From Cycas panzhihuaensis (lineage: Eukaryota; Plantae; Cycadophyta), in assembly GCA_023213395.1 (NCBI GenBank), contig CM041465.1, positions 213,101,741 to 213,165,740 of the forward strand: DNA of 64,000 nucleotides, in the 5' to 3' direction. Position 1 is the stretch's first letter, and each line of letters opens with the position of its first letter. Of the stretch, positions 12,096-24,009 are shown in pieces. The notes beneath the pieces are model-generated. The model ran no database searches. It saw only the letters and a program-made list of their open reading frames with translations, and had not been told where the DNA came from. The position numbers and the translations under genes were made by a program.

Positions 12096-14150
12096 TATCT
12101 TTTTTTTCCTTTGTTTCCAAACTTCAGTAGTTTCACCTTTTGGAGGCTCTGTACCTTCTGCTCTGGATCTAAGAGTAGGTCCTTCAAGGAACACTTCCTT
12201 TAAAGTTTTCTGGGTGTCTTGATCTACCCGTGCATCTGTTTCTTTCTCTCTTTGTGATTTTAAAGGTGGTCTCCCAACCTTCTTTTTAGCTCCCACATTA
12301 GGCTACTTCTTATGGGGCATAACTGATTGTGGTAATGAATCTAGGCCTAGCATCCCTAGGTCCTCCAATATGGGCATCTCTGGCTTCTCCTCAGCTAAAA
12401 ACCCCTGGCTCATTAGTTCTTTTACCGCATCTGTGGAGGGGCCCTTTGCAAGCAAAGGGGACAAATCTGACCCCAATACGACCTCCTTATCCCATGACCT
12501 TAGAGGCTTGGGTGGGGCATTTTGGGCTAAAGAGACAACCTCAGCAGGGGGTGGGTCCCCTATTCCATCCTTGCTTGTTGGGCACCCCAGAGCCGCAAGA
12601 ACCTGTGCTTCTAGTTCCCCTTCCTCTAGGAGCGTGTCCTCCTCATTTGGGTTAAAACTGAGATTCAGGTGAGGGGCCTCAGCTACCACCATTAGGCCTA
12701 AACGTTCTAGAGTCTCTCCTTTTTCCTTCTCCTTCTCATGGGTGTTTGGTTATGAGGGACCCTCTATTATCTCATCTTTTGATAGTTGTACTCTTGGGCA
12801 TTTTTGGGGCAGGTGCCCCAAATTTTTACATGTGGAACATTTAAAATGATCCATCTCATAAATCAATGGCTGGACCCAGCTTCTTCCTCCTATGTCCATC
12901 CATATGTCATCCAAGAGGGGTTTGTCTATTCTTACCAAGGTGTAAATTCTAGCATTAATGAACCTACTTCTATTCTTTATTATAGAATCAATCGCCAAGA
13001 GAGGACCCATCGCTTTTGCTATGCCTTTAAATACCTCGGGGTTCCAGTGGTGCAGTGGAAGACCCGAAAATTAGATCCATATAAGAGCTTGTCTAATTTT
13101 AGGGGTAGAGGGATCAAAGTCCCTATGCCATTTCTCGAGGGATAGGGCCTTTCTACCAAACATCCATGGGGCTCTAATCAGAATACTGGACATATCTTCG
13201 TAGGAGGTAAATTTAAGTAGCACACAGCCCTTAGGCATGGCTATTACTTCCACACAACTCATCATTTTCCATTTGGTCCTCGTCTAGGTCCTAATAGCCT
13301 CCAAGCCTGGTCTAGGTCCTGAGAATCTACCAACAAGGCAGTTCTCCCAAAGTTTCTTGGTTTTCTCCACTAGAGCCAAGGGAATTTTCAGTCTTACTTT
13401 ATTATCCTCAATCACAGGTGTTAGGTCAAATGTTTCCTCTTTGTTTGATTTCAAAACATCTCAGTAGGATCTCCTTGGTGACAGGTTAGGGTTCTGGTTT
13501 TGATTTTGAGAGATATGGTTGATTTCTATAATTTAAAGTTTATAAACTATATAAGAAAAGCCCTAAACAAGGAGAGCAAGAATATACCATTGTCTTTGAG
13601 ACTAAATCTGGTTCAACCTCAAGCATTCCTTTCTCTTTGCCCCACTTCTCATAATATAAAAAGTTGTCATCCAAATTCTTCTCGAGATAACCTCCGTCAC
13701 CAAGCAAAGCATGTTTATCTTCTCTTTCTGTTTGCTTACATGGTCTATCTTTTTGCTGTCGGGATCTATCTCCCTTCACAGCCCCACTTACTTTTGTTAT
13801 GGCTAGCCCAGCTAGCACAAAATGGCTTGCATGTTCTAAAAAACCTAACCAGTGCTTTGGTTTACCCAATATCCCTGCACCTGCTAGGAGAGCTCCTGCC
13901 TGAGGCTGCTAGATTACTCTCACACTATCCCCTTTGTAAGGAATAATTTGAAGTTTGCTTGGCACCAAGCTTGGCCTGAAATCAACTGTATATGGTCTTC
14001 CTTCCGTCGCTATTTGGGTGAGGGGATGATGAATCTAGTTACCAGTACCTAGCGTTGGCTGACTAGCCATGCCAACACGATTCGAAGGATGCCATGGCGT
14101 CTGAGTCCTCTATGCTGCTTGCGCCGCCTCCCATTCTAATCTGAACCCTA
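12096..14150 (-). pseudogene. L1 ORF1 (DUF4283/RRM-like and CCHC zinc knuckle), interrupted by stops; 5' limit approximate
   Basis: LLKFTSYEDMSSILIRAPWMFGRKALSLEKW; WVQPLIYE..FKCSTCKNLGHLPQKCP; basic C-terminal KKVGRPPLKSQREKE. Confidence 0.85.
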
Positions 14151-14834
14151 GTTTCAATCACTCATGTTGCCTTCTTATGTCTGCTTACAGATCATAACAT
14201 ATATTCTGCATCATATATCTTCATTGTGGATAAAAAAATTAATTATTTATCTTGCATTAAAGAATTTGGTAATTTTCTTAGTCAAGCTAGTGTTTATTCA
14301 TTTGAAAAATCAAAAGCTTAGATTTTATCAATTTTTTATTTCTTCATCATCAAGAAGTTTTATTTCAAATTTGCATATTTAAAAATCTTAGTTACTTTGC
14401 AAGTTTCCTTATATAATCATTCTATTTTAAAGTGTATTTGAAATTATACATTATAAGTTTAATGATTTATTAAGTTTTTAAATTTCTTCTAAAGGCATAT
14501 GTTTTGTTGAAAAGTTCATATACTTATTAAAATCATTCTTCATTCATCATTATTGAAAAGTTCATACAATTATTAAAAGCATTCTTGATTCATTATTATA
14601 CTTAAGGTTGCATAAAGTGCACTTTACTTCAAAGGAACATTTCATGTTTAAGGGTATTATATCTTTTTCTTAGAAGTTATTGGCAAGACCACATCATTGA
14701 TAACTTATTGATATTAGCTTTCATTCTTCTTCGGAATAACTTTATCATCTACTTACATTAGTATTGAAATCATTTAAGGATTTGTCTACTTGAAAATCAT
14801 TTTTTTTTTTATTATGTACTAAAGTTTTCTATAA

Positions 14835-15513
14835 AATGGTAATGAATCTAATCAAATACGATTCCCTATATTTGATGGCCATGATTTTCAATAATGGTAT
14901 AAAATAATACAAACTTACTTTATCATAAATGACCTTTGGAGATATCTACAAAATGGATATAAACTTAATACTAAATAAGACATTAAAAAGATAATGAAGT
15001 CTTAACTATATTATTTTGCATTATAGATGATAATGTTTTTTCTAAAGTTTATGAAATGATGATATCTAAATCCATATGGGACACCTTAGATTCTATTTAT
15101 GAGGGGAAAACCCTCAATATGAATGAATTTAACCTTGATGTTGTTGAGCATGTGAGAAAGATGTCAGAGCAGGCTGTTTGTAATGAAAAGACTAAGGAAG
15201 AAGATTCAAGTCAAAAGAACAATCACCTTATTACACGTGAAGATGATCCTTCATTTGAGGGGAAGAAACCTTATGAGAAATACTTGGACATGATCATTAC
15301 TCACAAAACAAAGATTTTAGATATTAAAGTCAAAGATGTAGTCATTCATCCACATTTAAATCAAGCTACACCTACTTGGATGTTATTTGAACCACTCAAT
15401 GTTAAAGAGATACACACTATTGAAAGGATGAGGCAAGTTGATGATGATAAAGCTAAAGGACAAACATTCAAAAAAATTTCAAGTCCAAGTACCACAAGTT
15501 CAAGGAAAATTTA
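14835..15513 (+). pseudogene. gag: truncated Copia-type gag (DUF4219/UBN2 N-terminus plus unrelated acidic tail) of element B
   Basis: IRFPIFDGHDFQ*WYKIIQTYFIINDLWRYLQNGY...MISKSIWDTLDSIYEG; runs into the PPT with no PR/INT/RT. Confidence 0.8.
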
Positions 15514-15544
15514 AGATGTTCATTATGACCATTAAGGAGGAGAA

Positions 15545-15874
15545 TGTTGGGGTTATATTCATCACCCTACTCCCACCATTTATATAAATGAGTGCACACA
15601 TATGAAGGTAAGTAAGGTAAGGTTAAAGTTACTTTAGTTAAGCATTACTTCATTATATTTTAAATTTTGGAGGTTGAAGAGGTTTCCCTCCTCCCTCAAA
15701 CTATATCTTTACTAGGGTGAAAAACCCTAGTGTCTTTTGACATCACCTTCCTTTGAAAAGTTATATATGCTCTCAATAATGGATTGATTGTAATACTTTT
15801 ATTTATGCTCATGTAATACAACGGATTAATTATTTGATATATGCTCTGCTCTATATCTATTTTACAAACCTTTA
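15545..15874 (+). repeat. 3' LTR of element B
   Basis: Direct repeat of 4120-4445, preceded by the PPT. Confidence 0.92.
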
Positions 15875-18800
15875 TATAGACAATAAGATGGATAAAATCC
15901 ACAACAGAATAAAGGTTATGGTTAGGGTAATAGATAACAATAAAGAAACTAACCCAAAAATTAGAATCAAGATAATAACAAGAATTTTTAGCAAGGAAGC
16001 TATATGGCCAATTCTTGGGTCGATTCCCAAAATCTATTCTTTGTCACACTCTCTTCTTATCATGAAGATAATTCTTGGTTGATAGACTTTGGTGCCACAC
16101 ATCACATGATAGGCACTAAAGAACTCTTGAAGGACACTATACCTACTCAAGCATAGACAATCACATTTGGTAATGGCATTACTTATGATATGGCCAAGAT
16201 TATGAAAGCTCCCATAGCCCTAAAGAATTTAGATATTCAACATTATATAAGTAAATTCCTTTATGTTCCTAACATGAAATAAAACCTGCTTTCTATGAGT
16301 TAGATTGACAAGTAGAACTTTTGATGTACTTTTTAGCCAGAGCATATGCATTATTTTAGACCACTCAATTAGTCAAGTAGTAATAACATGATATTAAGAT
16401 AATGGATTTGATAAACTTGATGATATCCCACTTTCCATTGCATAACATTAAGACTGATGTGCCACTATGTAGTCTAATCAACTCAATAAATATAAATAAA
16501 TTCCTATGAAAGACCCAGCTATTAAATTACAAGGTGAATACTCTTATAGCTAGGAGCAACCTACTCAAAAGTGTACCAAAGACCAACTATGGTATTAACT
16601 CCATGGCCATCTAAATATGTAGTCTTAGTCTCATGTTTAGATTTCAAATGATACATGGGTTACTAAAGATCAAACTAAATAAATGTTTATGTGAAGCCTA
16701 TATTATTAGCAAACAACATATGAAATCTTTTCCATCTAAGTGAGCTTGACATGCAACTAAACCACTCGGATTAGTTCACTAAGACATCTATGGATGCATG
16801 TTAATACATTACCTTAATGGTAAATTATACTTTATTACTTCTATTGATGACTATTCTCAGAAAGTTTAGGTCTACTTTCTAAAGAACAAGTTTGAGATGC
16901 TTAAGAAATTTAAAGATTTCAAAGCTAAAGTAGAAAATAAATCTTGCATGATAATTAAGATCATAAGATTAGATAATAAAGGTGATCATACTTCAAACTA
17001 GTTCATTAATTTTTATAGAGAATATGGCATCAAAAACTAGTTCTTAACTCCTCAAACTCCTTAGCAAAATGGTGTTATTAAATGCATGAACCAAACATTG
17101 GTGAATAAGGATAAAGTAATGTTCAAAGTTGCAAACCTTGTTAATATATCATGGGCTGAAGCTATTCATGCTACTATTTATTTGAAGAATAGGAGCTTAA
17201 CTTCAATCATAAGAAACATGACACTCGAGGAGGATTGGTTAGTCCAAATGACTATAGTCTCACACCTTAGAATATTTAGATGTATTACCTATAAGTTTGT
17301 TCCAAAGGAAAATCAAAAGAAACTTAATGATAAAAGCTTGAAATGTATATTCATAGGTTATATACCTAGGTGCAAAGCTTACAAGGTATATGAACCTATT
17401 GGAATATAAGCATAATCATCTTGAAATGTTATATTTACCAAGGACAATTAAGAATTAGATCAATCCTAAATATAAATTCTCACAAATGATGGCATTGATG
17501 TTCAAGAAGCTCCTATTACACCAATTGTAGACCTTTTTACTCCTTTAACTTCATATACTCCGAGTCCTTCATCTACTCCTCTTGCATCACCAACTACTTC
17601 TATAACAACCCTTGCATTACCACCTCTATATCTAGATGATATTCATGTTGAAGCTAAAAGCATCAAGAAGCTTCCTAAGTGGTATCTACAAGTTATGAAA
17701 GATGCACTATCACCTCCTACAGTATAAAAAAGGGAATTATTGCTAAGGCATACAACAAACTTTGCTTTAAAGGAACAAGTTCTTAACACTCTTAAGCCTT
17801 CCTACTTTGAGAAAGTAGTTAAAGACCAAACATGGTAGGCCACTATGGACAAGGAGATGTATTCCATCCTAAAAAATAACACTTGGGAGCTCACCAAATT
17901 ACCTCTTAGAAAGAAGCCAATTGATTATCATTGGCTTTATGAAATAAAATATCATGTTAATAACTCTATTGAAAGACACAAAGCACATCTTATTACAAAA
18001 AGCTTTAAATAATAAGAAGGTATAGACTATGATGAGACTTTTTTACCTATTGGCAATATGACAATATTTCGTCCAGTTATGTCACCTATAGCTCAGTTCA
18101 AATAGCTCGTTCATTAGATGGATGTTAAAAATGCTTTCCTCAATGGAGACCTTTCTAAAGAGTTTTCTTGAGATAACCTCCTAAATATATTATTCCTAGA
18201 AAAGAATATTTAGTTTACAAGCTTATGAAAGCTCTATATAGACTCAAGCAGGTATCTCATACCTAATATGCAAAGATTAACACTTTCTTTTTTAAGTATA
18301 AATTAAATCATTCATCTTCAAATCCTAATTTATACATTTAAATCCATAACAATCTAATCACCATTATTGTACTCCATGTAGATGATTTATTAATCATTAG
18401 AAATGATGATGAAGGGATCTCTTATCTCAAATAGGAACTTAAAAGTAATTTTGAGATGACTAACCTTGGATAGCTCCATTACTTCCTTAGCATTGAAGTA
18501 TGGAAAGAACTAAGATATACTTTCTTATCACAAGCTAAATATAAGAATGAGCTTTTATAGCATTTCAAAATGAGTGACTATAAACCTGCACCCATACTTA
18601 TGGAGGCCAGAACCAAGCTAACCATAGATGAACAAGGCAAACATATCAATCCTACTCTTTGTAGATAGCTTGTAGGGAGTTTGATTTATCTTGCTCACAC
18701 TTGTCCTAATATTTCAATGCAGTTGTGATTTACTCTAGGTATATGTCTTAGCCTAAAATATCACATTGAAAAGATTCCATTAGAATTCTTAAGTATATTC

Positions 18801-19334
18801 ATAGCACATTATAGCTTGGACTAGACTATAGTTAAGCAAAAACTCGTGTTAAAAGGATTCATTGATATAGAATAGGTTGATTGCCAAGACTCTTACCATT
18901 CTACTTCAAGATATTGTTTTGACCTAAACTCAACCACTATTTATTAGAGTTATAAGAAATAACCTAATATTGCTCTTCCTTCTACTAAAGTAGAATATAA
19001 AGTGGTTATTCATGCAGTTATTGAGATGATTTGGCTATGTATGATTCTTACTAAACTTGATGTTCAATAGACATAAGTAACTCTTGTATACTATGACAAT
19101 CAAAGTGTATTGAAGATGACCAAGAATCTTATTTTCCATGCATTTATAAAACACATTGAGATCCATCATCATTTCATCTATAAATATGTATAAAGTGAAG
19201 AAATTGATCTAGTATATAGATCATTCGAAGACCAGGTTGTAAACATCTTCACTAAAGTACTTAGTAAACTTAAGTTTGAAAGGTTTCAATATGGCTTTAA
19301 CATCAAGATGAATGAAGTTATTACTAAGGGAGGA
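15875..19334 (+). pseudogene. pol: decayed Copia pol (PR, GAG-pre-INT, INT, RT, RNase H) of the host Copia
   Basis: WLIDFGATHHMIG (~16077); YFITSIDDYS; SWAEAIHATIYLKNRS; KCIFIGY; MDVKNAFLNGDL; LHVDDLLI; KHIEIHHHF; PPT aagggagga at 19326-19334. Confidence 0.92.
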
Positions 19335-19941
19335 TGTTAAAATATATTTACATCTTTATGTACTTTTATATATTTATAACTTTATATTGTAAACTTAGTT
19401 GAAGTTCATCACTCACCTTTGCCTCATAACAGACCAGTGAGATGTGACATACATAAGACCTAATTAAATTTGAGTAGGAGTAACATCAAGATCTCCATAA
19501 ATTAAGGTCGTTCCCTCACCCATTTGGTATGATCATTCGATAAGAGTCAAAATGTTTGTCAAAATACTATTATAGGTATCAACTAATTTGATCCTCATAT
19601 TGTGTTTATTGAATGTATGCATGATGTTCTTTGATATATTTCATTGAGTGTTATTTACAAGAGGTTTTAGATCCTATTTTTTAAATTAGATCAATTCTAA
19701 TTTCTTCACTCTCTAGGCATCAATAAGCTCTCAGTGGCTTTTATAATAAGTTATATTGATGATTAACTTCTCTACCATGCTTGTTAGATAGGTTTTTAAA
19801 CCCTTATTATCCCTTGTTTTTGTTGTTTTATTTATGTATTTTAATTGGTAGAATTTTATCAACTCATATGGAGATTTCTCTCCTTTATCTTGATAGTTTT
19901 CAACGCTTTCTTTTGAAGACATCATCTAGCACATATCAACA
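19335..19941 (+). repeat. 3' LTR of the host Copia (3' end tentative)
   Basis: TGTTAA immediately follows the PPT. The end at ATCAACA is a guess because the partner LTR is outside the window. Confidence 0.5.
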
Positions 19942-20678
19942 TACTCTATCTAATAATGTTTTTAGTATCTTTCTAATTATCTTATAATTATTAGCTAGTT
20001 ATTTTGTAGTTATTCTATAGTTGTTTTCAAATGTTTAAGAATTAAAGATTTCTTCAAATTTATCTCCAACAGTTATTTTTTTCAATTTAGGATTGAATGA
20101 AGATTTTGAACTCTCTCTTTTTAGAAGTATTATATTATAGTTTCTTCAAGTATCAAACTAATAGGGTTTGATTTTTTATTTTATACATGTATTGTAATTT
20201 TTTCAATTTATTAACTAATTTCACACAACGATATTATAGGAAACAATCTATCAATTTCCATATAATTCATCTTTATCAAGTAACTATTAAGTAGGCTTCA
20301 TCAAATCTTAAAATAGATGTTTTGTTGGGTAGTAAACTTCTAACTTACTAGAAATTATGTAACTCAAAAAAATTGTATATTATAGGATTTTCATATCCTA
20401 AACAAATTGTTTGATAGTAAAATATTAATTAAATTATCTCTTGTTTTATTTATAGAACTTAATTTACTTATGTATCCCATTATATACTTTCTTGAATGTT
20501 AATTTTTTGCATGTGTATGTTATATACTTATTTATCTTTAAACTCTTATGCATTCTCCACATAAACATAATTAGGATATCTTTAAGTACAAACCCATAGA
20601 TTTGGCATACTAACTTCAACCACCTTCCTCTAATCTGGGGTAGGTCAATGACCTATTATTCCCCTTCAATGTCCTTTG

Positions 20679-20932
20679 GCTTTGATACCATGTTAGAAAT
20701 CAAAGTATGTAAGGGCAAACTATAAAGATGGTACAACAAGAATTATGGTTAGAATTGATCTACCCTTAAATTTCCAACTCATTAATCATTTCAACACTCA
20801 TACATCAATGTGAATGTATAAAAAATAAGTGTATCATATATAACTACCTTGCAGTTACAAACACATATATGAGGTTCATGAGTAATTGTTGGGTAATGTG
20901 ACAACAATGGTTGGGAGGTTAAAATTTTGACA
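20679..20932 (-). mobile_element. LTR end plus tRNA-iMet PBS remnant of a truncated element
   Basis: gctttgatacca (rc PBS) abuts tgttagaaat (rc of an LTR end ...TAACA); no partner LTR or coding sequence seen. Confidence 0.5.
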
Positions 20933-21512
20933 TGTTGGCAGCGCAGGTTCCTCCCTAAACCTTCCAAGGGGGATTCCAAGGGGGGCAAGAGCCCCGCTTG
21001 TCCAAGGGGATGCGGGGGGGGGGGTGGAATGCCCCCCGTTAAGAGGGGGTTTAGGGGCTATAGCCCCTGACCCAAAAAAATAGCATTGTAAACTATATTA
21101 AATTGTAAAGAGAATCAGAGTCGTTCACTAAAAATATCCTAGATTCTATGGTCAAGATTTGTGCTATGTATGACCTACTTATGTAGCCCAATTTAGGGTA
21201 TATTTCTTTCTATTGAGGTTGTTCAATGTACTGTGAGTAGGGCAGTGGCTGGTTGTTGTTGCTGAGAGCACTCTACTACTAGTTGACAATAAAGATCGAT
21301 ATCTCCATTCTATGATAATAAAGATCGATACCTTTCCTGTGTGGATGTTTCCGTAGCACACTATTGGGGTTTTACCACGTTATATCGGGTGTACATTTTA
21401 TGCTTGGCTTTCTTGTTTATTTTATTTTTTTATCTCTAGTTTAAGAACTTGCATGTAATTTTAGTTTTGATTCCTGTAACTAGTTGCAAGAATAGTTTAG
21501 ATCTTGGTAACA
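20933..21512 (+). repeat. probable solo LTR (Copia type) with GC-rich ggggc..gcccc motifs
   Basis: TGTTGG...TAACA termini, GC-rich U3-like block, and ttttaccacgttatatcgggtgt U5-like motif; no TSD found. Confidence 0.55.
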
Positions 21513-21561
21513 GTTTCAGGGTATTGGGACCTTGTTGTCTCAACAGCAATGACCTCAAATA

Positions 21562-21626
21562 TGTGTGTGTGTATGTGTGTGTATGTGTGTGTATGTGTAT
21601 GTGTGTGTGTGTGTGTATGTGTGTGT
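21562..21626. repeat. (TG)n microsatellite with TA interruptions
   Basis: Read directly. Confidence 0.95.
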
Positions 21627-23516
21627 AAGGTTAAATTCTTAATATAAATAATAATGTATTATATACAATAAATTATTTAATAGTAATATAGTTTCCTAAA
21701 TGATAAAAGCAAGATAATTAGTTGGCCAAACTTATAATTAATAATTAGTTCATAAGAAGATAACTAAGCTCCTTCATACACTATTTGTTAAAGCTTTGAT
21801 TTTTTAACAAAGGTAGATACAACAACTAAACTCCTTCATCATTTAGAGTCCTTCAGATACCATCCATAAGAGATTAATATCTTTTGCTAAAATATTAACT
21901 ACTAAAATGGCACACATAGAGTAACACATTTTGCTAGTTACTACACAACAAATTCTACAATTAAACTTTGTGTATATCTTACATAGTAAGCCATATTTTA
22001 GAAGCTTTTTCTTGTTTCAACCACCTTTATGGTAGGCTTTTCCTTACTTTTTCCACCTCTATGGTAAGTTTTTCCCACTTATTTTAATTATTTAGTTTAA
22101 TATATAAGGTACTTTGTCCAATATTAATCATGATCATGATTCATCATTAGGACACAAGTTATGAGGTTCATCAAAAGCTTAAGGACCACAAGGTCATATA
22201 TAACTGCCAACATTTAAATATAGATTTGTGTAAGCAATAAACACTATTTTTTTTAATTAATTACTTATTTTCACAATCTTAATTTGTAGCTTATATAAGA
22301 TTTAAGTTCACTTTTAAATTTTTTCAAACATTTGGTGGCATTTTCTATCAAGGCATTTTATCAAATATTTCATTAATATGCCAAAAACTTCAAGAGAAAA
22401 TAAATTAGGACATTTTATTTTTGATGGATATATTCATCATTTCTTTCACAATTTAGGCATTTTCATAAGTCATTCTTTTGAATGTTTTGTCAAACACTTT
22501 ATAGGAAGGTTTCTTTAGGCATTTTAATAAGAACTTAATATGCATGTATTTTTACCTCAACCTGAAATAATAAGATTTTAATTTTTTAAAAAAAAAACTC
22601 ATAACAAATCTATTGTCATCTTCACTTGGTACTCCTCTTTATTCTTTTCACAACTTTATATCTACCCTGTATCTACTTGTTTCTTAACTTAAAAGACTAT
22701 TGTAGCATTTGAGTTTGAACCTTCATTATTAAAATTTAGTTTGTGCTTCCCTTTAAGCTTGGTATGTTTATATTTACTTAGATACATTCTCTTCATCTGC
22801 TTGTATTTTGGAACATTGACTCATGGTTCTTTCATCCTTTACTACCAATTATAATGTCTCATCTAATATGATCTTTTTAGAAGGATAATTTTTATGCATG
22901 CCCTGGTTGGTATATAGAAGTGAGATTCTTATAAGCCTTGAGTCAAGCACCATTATGGTGAAGAAACTATATCTTTTGCTAATGCATGCTTTAATTCAAA
23001 CTCCTTCCTTTCTCATTTCAAAGTTCAGATGACTCCTCTTCATCATAATATTTGTCTATTCTAAAATCACTTTGATCAATTTTAGTAACTTAAGACTATT
23101 ATGGGGGTCAAATCATACTCAATTAATCTTGGAACATTGAAAAACATATTAATTGGCATTTGAAAAGTTGAGATTCATGTAGGAGAAGGTACAACATATG
23201 ATAAGGATGGTCGAAATTGTAAGAAAATCTAGTGACAAGGCAAAGAAATGCTTTTAGGGAAAGCATGATAATATGTGTTTTAGATGGAAACAAGAACAAG
23301 AATGCATGACAATGTAAGCTAAATTCAAGTGTTTCATCTTAGATTTAATGACATCAACCTCCTAAGTGTTTCACATAGTCATACAAGTATCATAATTATA
23401 ATTAATAAATGATTAAGTGTAATCATAATGAAATGGTCCTTTATTAAGAAAAAGAATGGTTGTGGCTATAAGTCATAACCATTCCCCAAAAGGCATGGAA
23501 ATGGGTATTTATTGGT

Positions 23517-23998
23517 AAGTAATGTGATAACAGAACTCTAAACCATGTAAAGAACAAATAACAAAAATAAATCAAGCACTCAACAAAGAACACCAGGAGA
23601 TTCAGGTCTAAGCATAGACCTTTTATTAATCTGAGAAACAACTAAAGAATTACACAGATGAATAAACCTTAACTTTTCTCCTTGACTCATCCATGACTAT
23701 ATCATCATCATATGTTACATGTATTGTTACATAAGAATATATAGACACAACATTATAAGATACTACCTTACAGTTTTATAATACAATGGACATAAACTAT
23801 TGGGCTGACAAACACCCCTATAAGACACCCAAAAAAATTTATCGGGGACTCCCGCACCTGAACCCTCACTTGGGGGGCCATTAGCCCCATAGACCCCCTA
23901 GTCAAAGGCCCTACAACGAGCCTTTTAACCCCATAAAGGGGCTCGAGCGTAACGCCTATACCCATGTAACACTTATAAAGTATTCAGCATATCTAATA
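23517..23998 (-). repeat. 3' LTR of the Tork-like Copia (outer ~22 bp missing, ~75-bp extra GC-rich segment)
   Basis: Direct repeat of 28092-28496. Confidence 0.88.
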
Positions 23999-24009
23999 AT
24001 CTCCCACTT

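Larger units (their letters stand above)
7752..14203 (-). mobile_element. full-length L1-clade LINE (~6.45 kb) inserted in element B
   Basis: Perfect 18-bp TSD ttctgcatcatatatctt (7734-7751 and 14204-14221), short poly(A) (T-run at 7752-7759), and all ORF1/ORF2 domains. Confidence 0.95.

Noticed and set aside
8746-13946. Plus-strand ORFs over the LINE, and similar shadows over the Copia, Tat and CRM elements
   Set aside because: Antisense shadows of TE coding sequence with no independent motifs.
20575-20800. Possible TRIM/Cassandra element
   Set aside because: No matching LTR pair (only a 9-bp match) and no 5S rRNA-like boxes.
21850-21950. Minus-strand CAILVVNILAKDI (hAT-like) or QKCVTL (Copia RH-like) snippets
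   Set aside because: Too short, mutually exclusive and unsupported by flanks; 21630-23500 is left unassigned.
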